Source of the DNA: Rebecca billardiae RCC1528
Taxonomy: Eukaryota > Protista > Haptophyta
NCBI GenBank assembly: GCA_965240325.2
Contig: OZ251223.1
Coordinates: 1-64,000 of the forward strand
Direction: 5' to 3'
Length of the DNA stretch: 64,000 nucleotides
Shown: positions 9,664-23,215 of the stretch, in pieces
How positions within the stretch are numbered: position 1 is the first letter of the stretch
Layout of the letters: every line of letters begins with the position of its first letter
Translations under genes and position numbers: made by a program
The notes under the pieces: generated by a model
Told to the model about the DNA's origin: nothing
What the model saw: the letters and a program-made list of their open reading frames with translations, nothing else
Databases searched by the model: none

Positions 9664-12600
9664 ATGGAGGGCGCGCGGCGCGCGTTCGGTCAGAAGATCG
9701 ACCTGTGCACGCGCATCCGCGACATCCTCGAGGCGTACCCGGACGGCTCCACCGTGCTCAAGGAGCTGCTGCAGAACGCCGACGACGCGGGCGCGACCAC
9801 CTTCAAGCTGCTCCTCGACAAGCGCGAGCACGGCCGCGCCTCGCTCGCGTTCCCGGGCGCGGCCGACTTCCAGGGCGCCGCCTTCTACGCGTTCAACGAC
9901 GCGACCTTTGCGGACGAGGACTTTGTGCGCCGCGCGCGCGCGCCGCGCGCGCCGCGCGGCGAGTGGGCGCGCGCGCGGTGCGAGCCGCGGCTCACGGCAC
10001 GCCGCGCGCCGCGCACGCCGCCGCCGCCGGCGACCGCGTCCGCGTCCGCGCCGCCGCGCAGGAGTCGATCCAGCGCGTGGGCGGCTCGCTCAAGGCGGGC
10101 TCGCTGACGAAGACGGGGCGGTTCGGCGTGGGCTTCTGCTCGGTGTACCACCTCACCGACCTGCCCTCCTTCGTCTCGCGCGAGTTCCTCGTCGTGCTCG
10201 ACCCGCACGCGCGCCACCTGCCGCCGCCGGCCGGCGAGTCGGGCGGCGCGCCCGCGGGCACGATGCTCGACTTCACCGCGCTGGACACGGCGGCGTACGC
10301 GGACACGTTCGAGCCGTACCGCGTGCTCGGGTGCGACCTCCGCCGCCCGTTCGACGGCACGCTCTTCCGCCTGCCGCTGCGCACCGAGGCGCAGGCCGCG
10401 GCGTCGCGCCTCTCGCGCCGCGCGTACGCAGCGGCCGGCGTGGCGGACGCGCTGCTCGCCGACTTCTGCGCGGCGGCGGACGAGATCGGGCTGTTCCTCG
10501 CGAGCGTGCGCTCGCTCGAGGCGCTCGTCTGGGAGCCCGGCGCGCCCGCGCCGACCACGCTGCTGCGCTGCACGCTCGACGCGCGCGGCGCGCCGCACCC
10601 GCTCGCCGGGCTGGTCGCGGCCGCGGACGGCGAGCCGGCCGCGCTGCGGGAGAGCGCGACGCTCGTGCGCGCGACGGTGCGGCTCGAGCCGGCGGGGCGC
10701 GAGGCGGAGTGGCTGGTGGTGCACGCGATGGGCGGCGGCGAGGCGCGCGCGCTCGCCGCCTCGGCCGAGGCCCGCGCGCTCGGCCTGCGGCTGCTGCCGT
10801 GGGCGGGCGTCGCCGCGCGGGTGCGCGTGCGCGACGCGGCCGCGGGCGCGGACGCGGACGCGGACGCGCACCCGCCGCCGCTCGACGGGCGCGCGTACTG
10901 CGCGCTGCCGCTGCCGGCGCGCACGGGCCTGCCCGTGCACGTGAACGGCTTCTTCGAGCTCTCGACCAACCGGCGCGACGTGTGGCACGGCGACGACCTC
11001 GCGGGCGCGGGCGCGCTGCGCGCGCGCTGGAACGAGGCGCTGCTGCGCGCCGCGGTCGCGCCCGCGTACGCCGCGCTGCTCGAGGCGGCGGCGGCGGCGT
11101 GCGCGCGGGGCGGCGGCGACGACGCGGCGGTGTACGCCCTCTGGCCCCGCGCCGACGCGCGCGGGCCCTGGGCGTGCGTCGTCGACGCGCTGTACGAGCA
11201 GCTGCTCGCGCGGCGCGTGCTGCCCGCGCCCGGCCTCGCCGGCGCGCCGCTCGCGCCCGCACACGCGCACACGCGCCTCCTCGCCGTGCCGGCGCGCGGG
11301 CAGGGCGACGAGGACGCGGGCGAGCCGATGCTGGCGCGCGCGCTCGTCGCGCTCGGCGCGCCGTGCGCCCGCCCGCCCGCCGCCGCGCGCGAGCGCCTGC
11401 TCGGCGCGGGCGCGCGCGCGGGCGCGAGCGTGCGGCTGGTGAGCGCGGCCGCGGCGCGCGGCTGGGCTCGCGACGCCGACGGCGCGCTGCGCGCGCTGCC
11501 GGCGGCGGAGCGGCTCGCGCTGCTGCGGCTGTGCGCGAGCGACGCGGCGAGCGCGCCGCTCGGCGCGTACGACGGCCTCGCGCTCGCGCCGCTGGGCGGC
11601 GACGGCTGGGCGGCGCTGGGCACGCGCGGCGACGGCGCGCCGCTGTTTGCGTGCGTCACGCGCGCCGCGCTCGAGCTCGTGCGCGAGCGCGCGCCCGCGC
11701 AGCTGCTCGACGCGAGCGACGAGGGCGGCGCGCGCGAGGCGCTGCTCGCGCTCGCCGCGTCCGGGCGCACCAACGTCTGGGCGCTCGGCGCCGAGCTGCG
11801 CGCCGACGCGCACGCGCTCGGCGCGCTCGCGCAGGCGGCCGGTGCGTGCACGCCCGCGGGGTGGCGCGGCCGGCGCGTGGTCCCGCTCGGCGAGGCGGAC
11901 GGCGCGCCCGACGCGGCGTGGTTCGGCGCGTTCTGGCGGCTGGTCGGCGCGGCGGTGCCCACCGAGGGCTCGGCGGCGGGCGTGCTGCGCCCGCTCGAGG
12001 GCCTCGCTCTGCTGCCCGCCGCCGACGGCCGCTCGGCGTGCGCGCTCGCGCCGCGCGCCGAGTCGCGAGCGCTGCTCGCGCCACCCGCGGCCGCGCCCTC
12101 TGCCGAGCTGCTCGGCGGGCTGGGCGCGGCGGGGTGCCACGTGGTGCACGCGGCGGTGGGCGAGGCGCTGGGCGAGGCCCGCGCGCGCGCGCTGCTCGCG
12201 CCGTACGCGCACGAGCTGTGCGCGGCGGGCGTGCTGGGCAGCGCGCTGCGCGGCGCGGGCGGCGACGTGGACGGCGTGCGCGAGGCGTGCGCGCGGCGCG
12301 CGTCGCCCGCGGAGCGCCGCGCGCTGCGTGCGCTGCTCGCGGCGCGGTGCGCGGCCGAGGAGCCCGAGCTGCGCGCGCGCGACGAGCTGCTCGACGTGCT
12401 GCGCGCGCTGCCGATCTTCGAGGTGTACGCGGACACCGACGACGGCGCCGAGCCCGGCGCCGAGCCGGAGTTTGGGCCGTTCGTCGCGCTGCGGCCCGCG
12501 CCGCGGCCGGCCGGCGACGGCGCCGGCGATGGCGCCGACGCAACCGGTGTGGGGCTGGCGCTGCCGCCCGAGGGCTCGCCGGCGGCGCCGCGCGTGCTGC

Positions 12601-15600
12601 TCGGCGCGGCGCACGTGCGCGAGCTCGTCGAGGGCGACGGCCGCCTCGCGAGCCTCGCGGGCGTGCCGCGGCTCTCGCGCGCGGCGCTGTACCGGCGCGC
12701 GCTGCTGCCGCGCGTGGCCGCGCTCGCGCCCGCGGCGCGCGACGGCGCGGTGCTGCGCGCGCTCGGCGAGCTGGGCGTGCTGAAGGGCGAGGACGGCGGG
12801 TTCGCCGATGCGCTGGGCGCGTGCGCGTGCGTGCCCGTCGCGTCGGGCGGCCTCGTGCTGCCGCGCGAGCTCTTCCACCCCGCCGTGCGCGAGGCGGGCG
12901 CGCTCTTCGGGCCCGACTGCTACCCGGCGGGGCCGTTCGCGTCCGCGCACGCGTGCGCCGCGCTGTGCGGCGTCGGGCTGCGCACCGAGCTCTCGCGCGA
13001 CGCGCTGCTCGACGCGGCGCGGCGGGTCGAGGCGCTCGCGGCGGAGGGCGGCGAGAGTGCCGCCCGGGAGGCGCGCGCGCGCGGCGCCGCGCTGCTCGCC
13101 CACCTCGACGCGCACGCGCCACAGCTGCTGCGGCCGCCACCGCGCGCGCCCCGCCCCGGCGCGGGTGCGGACGTCGCGAGCCGGTTCGGCGCGGCGCTGC
13201 GCACGATCGCGTGGCTGCCCGCGCTGCGCCAGCCGCCCGACGCGGCGATGCCCTGGCCGGCGGGCGCGCGCGGCGCGACGTGCGCGCCCGCGGCCAGCCG
13301 CCCCGCGTCCGACGCGTGGCTCGTCTCCGCCTCGCTCCGCCTCGCGGACGCGTCTGCGCGCGCGCCCGCGCTGCTCGCTCTGTTCGGCTGGGACGCGCCG
13401 CCCGAGCCGGGCGCGGTGCTGCAGCAGCTGCTGGCGCTGGGGCGCGCGCACACGGCGGACGACGGCGAGGGCGAGAGCGAGGGCGGGCGCGGCGTGGACG
13501 CGGACGCCGACGCGGCGGACACGCGCTTCCGCCGCGCGATGGCGGGCGCGGTGCCCGCGATCTACGCGAGGCTCGACCGCGCGGCGCGCGACGCCGAGCT
13601 CGGGCGCGCCGCGCTGCGCGGCCTCGCGGACGCGCCGCTCGTGTGGGTGGGTGACGGGTTCGCGCGGCCGCGCGACACGGCGTTCCGCGCGGCGCTCGAC
13701 GCGGCGCCGTACGTGCGCGCCGTGCCCGCCGACCTGTGCTGCTTCGACGCGCTGCTGGCCGCGGTCGGCGTGTCGGCCGAGCTGGGCGCGCGCCACTACC
13801 TGCGCACGCTGCGGCGCATTGCGGCGCGCGCGCGCCGCGCGGCGGGGCTGCCCGCCGCGCGCGCGCGCGGCGGCGGCGGCGGCGGCGGGTCGCCGGCCGA
13901 CGACGCCGACGCCGAGGGCGAGGCCGAGGGCGAGGGCGCGTCGGACGAAGAGGCCGACGGCGCGGACGACGACGGCGACGCGCCGCCGCTCGGCGCGGGC
14001 GAGCTCGCGCTCGCGCTGGGCGTGTGCGCGCAGCTCGCCTCGCCCGCGCTCGCGCCGCTGCCCGCGCGGCCGCGCGCGCTCGCGCCCGACGCGCGCGGCG
14101 CGCTCGCGCGCGCGGACGCGCTCGTGTTCGACGACGCGCCGTGGCTGCGCGACGAGGGCGCGCCGCCGGGCGCGCGCGAGGAGGCGCGCACGCTGCGCGC
14201 CGTGCACCCGCGGCTGAGCCACGCCGCCGCCGCCGCGCTCGGCGCCACCTCGCTGCGCGCGCGGCTGCTCGCGGGTGCGGGTGGCAGCACGCCGCTCGCG
14301 CTCTCGCTGCCGCCTGGCGCCGAGCCGTTCGGGCAGCACGAGTCGCTCGCCTCGCGCATCGCCTCGATCCTCGAGCTGTACGCCGACGGCGTGGGCGTGG
14401 TGCACGAGCTGCTGCAGAACGCGGACGACGCGGGCGCGAGCTCGTTCGCGCTGCTGCTCGACGAGGTGCAGCACGGCGCGCGCTCGCTGCTCGGGCCGGG
14501 GCTGGCCGAGTGGCAGGGCCCCGCGCTGTGCTGCTACAACGACGCGCCCTTCTCGCCCGCCGACTACGCGCAGCTGTGCGCGCTGGGCTCGGCGCACAAG
14601 CTCGCCGACGCGTGCGCCACCGGCCGGTTCGGCCTCGGCTTCAACGCGGTGTACCACCTCACCGACCTCCCCTCCTTCGTCTCGGGCGAGCAGCTCGTCT
14701 TCCTCGACCCGCACGCGGAGCACCTGCCGGGCGCGAGCGCGGCCGCGCCCGGGCTGCGCGCGCGCTTCGCGGGCACGGGGCTGCGCGAGCGCTTCGCCGA
14801 CCAGTGCGCGCCGTACCGCGGGCTGTTCGGGTGCGACATGGGCGCGCCGTTCGGCGGCACGCTCTTCCGCTTCCCGCTGCGCACGCCCGCCGCGGCGGCG
14901 CGCTCGCGGCTGCGGCCCAACGCGCCGTACTCGGCGGAGGACGCGCGCGCGCTGCTGCGCGCGCTGCGGCCGCGCGCCGCGCGCGCGCTCCTCTTCACGC
15001 GTTCGGTGCGCGAGATCCGCGTGCTGCGCCGCGCGCCCGAGGGCGGGCCGCCGCTCGAGCTCTTCCGCGTGAGCGCGAGCCGCGAGGCCGCGCCGGCCGC
15101 CGGCCGCACCGCCGGCGCGCTGCGCGCGTTCCTCGACGCGGCGGCGCGTGCCGAGCCGCCCGCCGAGCTGCAGCCGCGCGCGGGCGCGGGCGCGCGCGCG
15201 CTCGCCGCGCGCGCGCACGCGGCGGCCGTCGCCGCGAGCGGCGGCGGCGGCGGCGGCGGCGGCGCGGCGGCGAGCGGCCCACTCCGGCCGACCAAGGCGC
15301 AGCTGCACGCCGCGCTCGCGCGCACGCCCGCCTCGCAGCTGCCGCACGAGACCTTCGAGCTGCGGCTGGAGGAGCGCACGCACGCGCGGTGCGAGGCCGC
15401 CCTCGGCGACCGCGCCGGCACGGCGCGCGCGGCCGCGGCCGCGGGCGCGCCCGCGGCGGCCGGCGCGGCCGCGGCGGCGCCTGCGGCCGCGCACGCGGCG
15501 GGGACGTGCCGCTCGCAGGTGTGGCTGGTGAGCGTCTCGCTCGGCGCGGACGCGGGTGGCGCGGTGTCCATGTGCCTGTCGGAGGAGGGCCGCGCGCTGC

Positions 15601-18565
15601 AGCTGATGCCGTGGGGCGGCGCGGCCGCGCGCATCCACCCGCCGCCCGAGCCGCCGGCCGGCGCGGACGCGGGCGGCGGATGCGAGGACGACGCGGACGC
15701 GGACGACGCGTGCGGCGCGCTGTGCGGGCGCGCGTTCTGCTCGCTGCCGCTGCCCGCGCGCACCGGGCTGCCCGTGCACGTGAACGGCGCGTTCGAGCTC
15801 TCGAGCAACAGGCGCAACCTGTGGGCCGGAGACGGGATGGCGGGCGACGGCGCGGCGCGCGCGCGGTGGAACGAGGTGCTGCTCGCGCAGCTGATCGCGC
15901 CCGCGTACGCGCGGCTGCTCGTCGCGGCGCGCGAGGCGCTCGTGCCGCACGGCGCGCCGCCCGCCGCGCGCGCGCAGGCCGAGGCCGCGCTCTTCGCGCT
16001 GTGGCCGCGCGCGCTGCCGCCAGAGCCGTGGGGCGTGCTGGCGAGCGCGCTGTACGGCGCGCTGCTCGGCGCGCGCGCGCTGCCCGCGCCGCCCGGCGCG
16101 GCGGAGGCCGGGCTGCGGCCCGCGGACGCGTGCTTCGTCGACGCGGACGCGGCGGGCGGCGGCGCGCGCGCGGCCGAGCTCGAGGCGGCGCTGCTCGCCA
16201 TCGGCGCGCCGTGCGCGCGCGTGCCCGCGCCCGTGCGCGACCTGCTGGGCGTCGCGGCCGCGGAGGGCGGCGGGCTGCGCTGGGCGAGCGCGCCGTTCGC
16301 GCGCGCGCTCGCCAGCGCGGCCGAGGCGCTGCCGGCCGAGCGCGCGCACCGCGTCGCGCTGCTGCGGCTGTGCGCGAGCGACGCGGCGAGCGCGCCGCTC
16401 GGCGCGTACGACGGCCTCGCGCTCGCGCCGCTGCACGGCGACGGCTGGGCGGCGCTGGGCACGCGCGGCGACGGCGCGCCGCTGTTTGCGTGCGTCACGC
16501 GCGCCGCGCTCGAGCTCGTGCGCGAGCGCGCGCCCGCGCAGCTGCTCGACGCGAGCGACGAGGGCGGCGCGCGCGAGGCGCTGCTCGCGCTCGCCGCGTC
16601 CGGGCGCACCAACGTCTGGGCGCTCGGCGCCGAGCTGCGCGCCGACGCGCACGCGCTCGGCGCGCTCGCGCAGGCGGCCGGTGCGTGCACGCCCGCGGGG
16701 TGGCGCGGCCGGCGCGTGGTCCCGCTCGGCGAGGCGGACGGCGCGCCCGACGCGGCGTGGTTCGGCGCGTTCTGGCGGCTGGTCGGCGCGGCGGTGCCCA
16801 CCGAGGGCTCGGCGGCGGGCGTGCTGCGCCCGCTCGAGGGCCTCGCTCTGCTGCCCGCCGCCGACGGCCGCTCGGCGTGCGCGCTCGCGCCGCGCGCCGA
16901 GTCGCGAGCGCTGCTCGCGCCCCCTGCGGCCGCGCCCTCTGCCGAGCTGCTCGGCGGGCTGGGCGCGGCGGGGTGCCACGTGGTGCACGCGGCGGTGGGC
17001 GAGGCGCTGGGCGAGGCCCGCGCGCGCGCGCTGCTCGCGCCGTACGCGCACGAGCTCTGCGCGGCGGGCGTGCTGGGCAGCGCGCTGCGCGGCGCGGGCG
17101 GCGACGTGGACGGCGTGCGCGAGGCGTGCGCGCGGCGCGCGTCGCCCGCGGAGCGCCGCGCGCTGCGTGCGCTGCTCGCGGCGCGGTGCGCGGCCGAGGA
17201 GCCCGAGCTGCGCGCGCGCGCCGAGCTGCTCGACGTGCTGCGCGCGCTGCCGATCTTCGAGGTGTACGCGGACACCGACGACGGCGCCGAGCCCGGCGCC
17301 GAGCCGGAGTTTGGGCCGTTCGTCGCGCTGCGGCCCGCGCCGCGGGGCGCGGGCGCCGGCGATGGCGCCGACGCAACCGGTGTGGGGCTGGCGCTGCCGC
17401 CCGAGGGCTCGCCGGCGGCGCCGCGCGTGCTGCTCGGCGCGGCGCACGTGCGCGAGCTCGTCGAGGGCGACGGCCGCCTCGCGAGCCTCGCGGGCGTGCC
17501 GCGGCTCTCGCGCGCGGCGCTGTACCGGCGCGCGCTGCTGCCGCGCGTGGCCGCGCTCGCGCCCGCGGCGCGCGACGGCGCGGTGCTGCGCGCGCTCGGC
17601 GAGCTGGGCGTGCTGAAGGGCGAGGACGGCGGGTTCGCCGAGGCGCTGGGCGCGTGCGCGTGCGTGCCCGTCGCGTCGGGCGGCCTCGTGCTGCCGCGCG
17701 AGCTCTTCCACCCCGCCGTGCGCGAGGCGGGCGCGCTCTTCGGGCCCGACTGCTACCCGGCGGGGCCGTTCGCGTCCGCGCACGCGTGCGCCGCGCTGTG
17801 CGGCGTCGGGCTGCGCACCGAGCTCTCGCGCGACGCGCTGCTCGACGCGGCGCGGCGGGTCGAGGCGCTCGCGACGGAGGGCGGCGAGAGCGCCGCCCGG
17901 GAGGCGCGCGCGCGCGGCGCCGCGCTGCTCGCCCACCTGCACGCGCACGCGCCGCGGCTGCTGCGGCCGCCGCCGCGCGCCGACGACAGCGGCGCCGACG
18001 TCGCGAGCCGGTTCGGCGCGGCGCTGCGCACGATCGCGTGGCTGCCCGCGCTGCGCGAGCCGCCGCACGCGGCGATGCCCTGGCCGGCCGGCGCGCGCGG
18101 CGCGGTGCCGCCGCCGGCGGACGGCGCCGGCTCGGCCGACGCGGCGCCGCTCGGTCCGCCCACGTGCGCGCCCGCGCGCTGCCGCCCCGCGTCGGACGCA
18201 TGGCTCGTCTCGGGCGCGCTCCCGCTGCTCGACGAGGCGGCGGCGGGCGTGCGCGCGGACGGCCTCGCGCCGGACGTGGCGCGCGGCCTGCTCGGCTGGG
18301 ACGAGCCCCCCGCCGCCGAGGCGGTGCTCGAGCAGCTCGGCCTGCTGTGCGCGCCCGACGCGCGCTGGGCCGAGGCGGCGCGCGCGCTCGGCTGCGGCGC
18401 GCTCTACGCCGCGGCGGTGCAGCCGGCGTATGCGCGGCTCGAGGCGCTCGCGCCCGGCGCCGACGCGCACGCGAGCGGCGCCGGCGCGGCGCCGCACGCC
18501 GAGCGCCCGCCGACGACGCTCTCCGAGCTCGCGCGCGACGGCGCCGTCGTGTGGGTCGGACCGGA

Positions 18566-18600
<35 letters not shown>

Positions 18601-20086
18601 CGGGCGCGGACGGCGGCGACGCCGCCGCGCGCGCCGCGGCCGCGTGGCCGCCGCTGGCGCGCGCGCGCGACGCGGCGTTCGCCGAGCCGCTCGCGCCGCT
18701 GCCCGCGCTGCGCACCGTGCCGCGCGCCGCGGGCGGCGCGCACGCGCGCGTGCTGCGCGCGCTCGGCGTGCGCGACGCGTTCGGCCCCGCAGACTATGCG
18801 CGCGCCGTGCGCGCGCTCGCGGCCGCGTCCGCGGGCGCGCCGCTGCCGGCCGCGGAGCTGCGCGCGTGCGTCGCGGCGCTCGAGCTCGCCGCGGCGGACG
18901 ACGCCGGGCCCGCCGCCGCCGCCGCCGCCGCCGACGGCGGCGGGCACTACCTGCCGAGCGCCGACGGCTCGCTCCGCCCCGCGGCCGAGCTCGCGTTCAA
19001 CGACGCCGCGTGGATGGGCGAGGCGAGCTCGGGCGCGGGCCTGCGGCGCGTGCACGCGTGCGTGCCCGTCGAGCTGGCGGCGGCGCTCGGCGCGCGCTCG
19101 CTGCGCGACGCGCTGCTCGTCGAGGCCTCGCTCACCGACGCGCTCCCGTGCCCGGCGCCCGCCGCGCTGCGCCCCGTCGCGCGCGTGGGCTTCCTCGCGC
19201 ACGCGCTGCCCGAGCTGCTCGGCGCACTCGACGCGCTCGGCGCGCGATCGCTCACGCTCGCGCTCGACACGCGCGCGCACCGCGCCACGTCCGTGCTCGC
19301 GCCCGGGCTGGGTGCGCTGCAGGGCCCGGCGCTGCTCGTGCACGCGGACGGGCTGCAGCTCGGCGCGGAGCAGCTGTGCGCGCTCCACCTCGCGCCCGGC
19401 GCGCTCGGCGCCGCCGCCGCCGCCGCGGCCGGCGCGAGCGGTGCGGACGGCGTTGGCGGCGGCGGGCGCGGCGGGTGGCGGCGCGCCGCGCCCGCGCACC
19501 GCTGCGCGCCGCTCGGCGCGGCGTACGCGCTGTGCGACGCGCTGCAGGCGCTGAGCGCGGACAAGCTCTTCGTCTTCGACCCGACGGGCGCGGCGCTCGG
19601 CGGCGGCGCGGGCGGCGCGGGGTGCGCGTGCGCCAAGGTGTTCTCGCTGGACGGTGACGCGGACCTGGCTGCGCGCTTCCCCGACCAGTTCAAGCCGTTT
19701 GAGCCCCTCGGAGCGGGCGGGTGCGTGCTGCGCCTGCCGCTGCGCACGGCGCCGTGCGCGCCGCTGGGCGCGGAGCCCGTGCCGCCCGCCGCCGCGCGCG
19801 CGCTGCTCGTGCGCCTCGGCTCGCAGCTGGGGCCGCTGCTGCTCGGGCTGCGCGCCGTCCAGAGCGTCGAGCTGCGCGTGCTCGAGCAGCCCGCGGGCGC
19901 GGACGAGGGCGCGCACCCCGCCGTGCGCACGCTCGCGAGCGCGTCCATCGCGACGACCAAGCCGCCGCCGCCGCCGCCGCCGCCGCCACCGAGCGCGCCA
20001 CCCGCGCACGGTGCCGGCGGCGCGGGCGGCGCCGCGCCCAAGCGCTCGGGCGCGTTCGGTCTGTTTGGCGCGGTGAGCGCGCTGCT

Positions 20087-20128
<42 letters not shown>

Positions 20129-23100
20129 CCCGGCGCCGCCGCGCGGGCCGCAGCTGTGGACGGCGCGCGTGCGCGTGTGCGCGCCCGAGCCGGCGGACGG
20201 CGCGGCGCCGCTCGGCTGTGCGGACGAGACGTACCTGGTGTGCGAGCTGGCGGGCGCGCACGGCGGCGGCGGCGCGCACAACCCGCTCGCGCTGCTGCGG
20301 CGCACCGTGGGCGGCGGCGGCGGCGCGGCGGCGGGCGGCGCGGAGGGCGCGGAGGGCGGCGCGGAGGGCGCGCCCGCGCACGCGCGCGTCGTCGGCGTCG
20401 CCGCGCGGCTGCACCCCGCGCCGCTCGCGCGCGCCGACGGGCGCGTCGCGTGCCCCGGTGTGCTGAGCGGCTCCACTGGGCTGCCCGTGCACCTGCTCGG
20501 CCCGTTCGAGCTCGAGCACCCCGCGCTCGCGCTGAGCGGCGACCCGGACGCCGCGCCGCCCGGCGGCGGCGGCGCGGGCGAGGGCGAGGGCGCGGGCGCG
20601 CCCGGCTCGACGCACGCCGCGCGCGCCGCGTGGAACGGCGCGCTGCTCGCGCTGTGCGCGCACGCGTACGCGGCGCTGCTCCGCGAGCTGCCGGCGCGCA
20701 TCCCCGAGCTCGCGCGCGCGGCCGCGCTGCCCGGCGCCGCGGTGGATGACGCGTCGGACGCGGAGGCGGCGGGCGGCGGCGAGCCCGTCGGCGCGGACAC
20801 GGACGCCGCGCCGTGCGCGCACCGCTGGGCGCCCATGTACGCCCACTGGCCGGGCGGCGCGTACGGCGAGCAGCTGCGCGCGGCGCTGGTGGGCCCGCTG
20901 CTGGCCGAGCTCGCCGAGCTGCCGCTCTTCGCCGCGCGGCCGCGCGCGCTGGACGCGGCCGCGGCGGACGTGGGCGTCGACGCGTCGCATTCGGCGGCGC
21001 AGCAGCACCCGCCCCCCGCCGTCGAGCTGCGCCGGCTGAGCGACGGCTTCGTCGTCCCGCCCGCGCTGGACGCCGAGCTCGCCGCGTTCGCGCGCACGCA
21101 CCTCACCACGCTCGAGCTGCCGCGCGCGCTCGCGGCCACGGTGCTCGCGCACGCGCCGGCGCGGTGCGCGCGCGGCGTGAGCCCGGCCGAGCTGCGCGGC
21201 TACATCCGGCGCAAGCTCGCCGAGCCGCGCAAGCGCGAGCGCCGGCTCGCGCTCCCCGCGTGGGCGCCGCTGCTCGAGCCGCCGTTCGCGACGCGCGTGC
21301 TCGCCTTCTGCGCGGCCGACGTGCCGGGCGCGGGGCCGACCGACGGCCGGCGCTTCGCGCTGCGCAGCCTGCCGCCCGCCGCGCGCGCGCCCGCGCCGCC
21401 GCGTGAGCTGTGCGGCCTCGCCCTCCTGCCGCTCGCCTGCGGCACCCTCGGCCTCCTCGGCGGCTCGGAGGAGCACGTGCTCGCCTCCGCCGCGGAGCAG
21501 GCGCTCGTGCCCGCGCTGCGCTCGCGGTACGTGCACGCGGCGTGCGCGGCCGACCCGACGCTCGGCCCGCTGTTCGCGCAGCCGGCGGCGCAGCGCGCGA
21601 CGCTCGTCCGGCCGCTCGCGCTCGAGCAGATCAGCGCGCACGTCTCCGCGCCGCGCGCGCTCCCCGGCGCGGCGCCGTCCGAGCGGCCGAGCGACGCGTG
21701 GCTGCGCCGGCTCTGGGCGGCGGTCGGCGCGCGCGCGGACGCGGAGGGCGGCGCCGCCGACGAGCTCGAGCTCGCCCACGCGGCGGACGAGCTCGACGCG
21801 GCGCACGCGCTGCTGCTGCGCGCGGGGCTCGTCCGCCCGGCGCACGCGCCGCGCCTCGCCGCGCTCTTCGGCCAGATGGCGCTGCTGCCGCTGCTGGACG
21901 GCCGCGTGGGGCCGGTGAGCGCGCTGCCGCACGCGCTGCCGCTGCCGCGCGCGCTGCTGGCCGCGCGCCTGGCCGTGCCGGACGCGGTGGTGCGCCCGCC
22001 GCCGCGCGCGCCGCTGCCGCCGCTGCCGCCCTCGCCGGCGCCCTCGCCGGCCGCCGCCGCGCGCGCGCCGGCCACCGACGCCGACGCCGACGGGGCCGCG
22101 GCCGCGGGCGCGGAGGAGTGTGCGGCGGCGTCGGCGTCGGTGCCGCTGCGCGCGTGCCTCGAGGGGCTGGGCGTCGCGCTCATCCAGCCGGACTTTGTGC
22201 GCGCGCCGGACGCTGCGCGCGAAGGCGGCGCGCGGCAGCCGCAGCGCGAGGACGAGGGCTGGGGCGCGGCCGAGCCGTGGGCGGCGCCCGCCGCCGCCGC
22301 GGACGGCGGCGCCGCGGGCGCGCCGTTTGCGCCCGCGTGCGACTCGCTCGGCGGGCTGGCGGCCGCGCTGCTGCGCGCGCTCGGCGCGCTCGAGGCGGCG
22401 GAGCCGGGCCGCGCGGCGGCGGCGCTGCGCGCGGGCGGCGCGCTCGGGCGGCACGAGCGGCGCGCGCTGTGCGCGCTGCTCGCGCCGCTCGGCGCCGCGC
22501 GCGGCGGCGCCGCGCTCCGCGGCGCGGACGGCGAGCTGAGCGCGGGCGCGCGCGCGCTGGCCGCGCTGCCGCTGTGGGAGAGCGCCGCGGGCGGCTTCGT
22601 TGCCCTGCGCGCGGACGGGCGCGAAGAGGGTCCGCGCGTGCTCGCGCAGCCCAGCCCCTTCTTCGACCCGCTCGCCGACGCGCGGCCCGACTACCTCTGG
22701 CCCGCCGACGCCGCCGAGGCCGAGCTCGCGTGCGCGCTCGGCTGCGTGCGCGTGGACGAGGGCGGCGTGCTCGCTGCCGAGCTGCTGCCCGACCTCGCGC
22801 GGCGCGACGCGCGCTCGCAGGCGGCCGTGCGCGCGCGCGTGCTCGAGGGCTGGACGCGCGCCGAGCGCCAGCTGCGCGCGCACGCCGCGCTCGGCGCCGC
22901 GCTGCGCGCGTGCGCGTGGGTCCCCGTCGGCGAGCACGGCGCCGCCCTCTGCCGCCCCGCCGAGGTGCTCGACCCGCGCAACGACGCGCTCGCGTCCATC
23001 TTTGGCGGAGACGGCCGCCTCTTCCCCGCGCCCGAGTGCGGGGGCAAGGAGTGGCTCGGGCTGCTGGCCGAGCTGGGCATGCGCACGCGCGTCGACGCCG

Positions 23101-23178
23101 ACGCGTTTGTGCTGTGCGCGCGCCGCGTCGAGGCGTGGGCGCTCGCGCCCGACGCCGCCGCCGACGGCGCCGAGAGCA

Positions 23179-23215
<37 letters not shown>

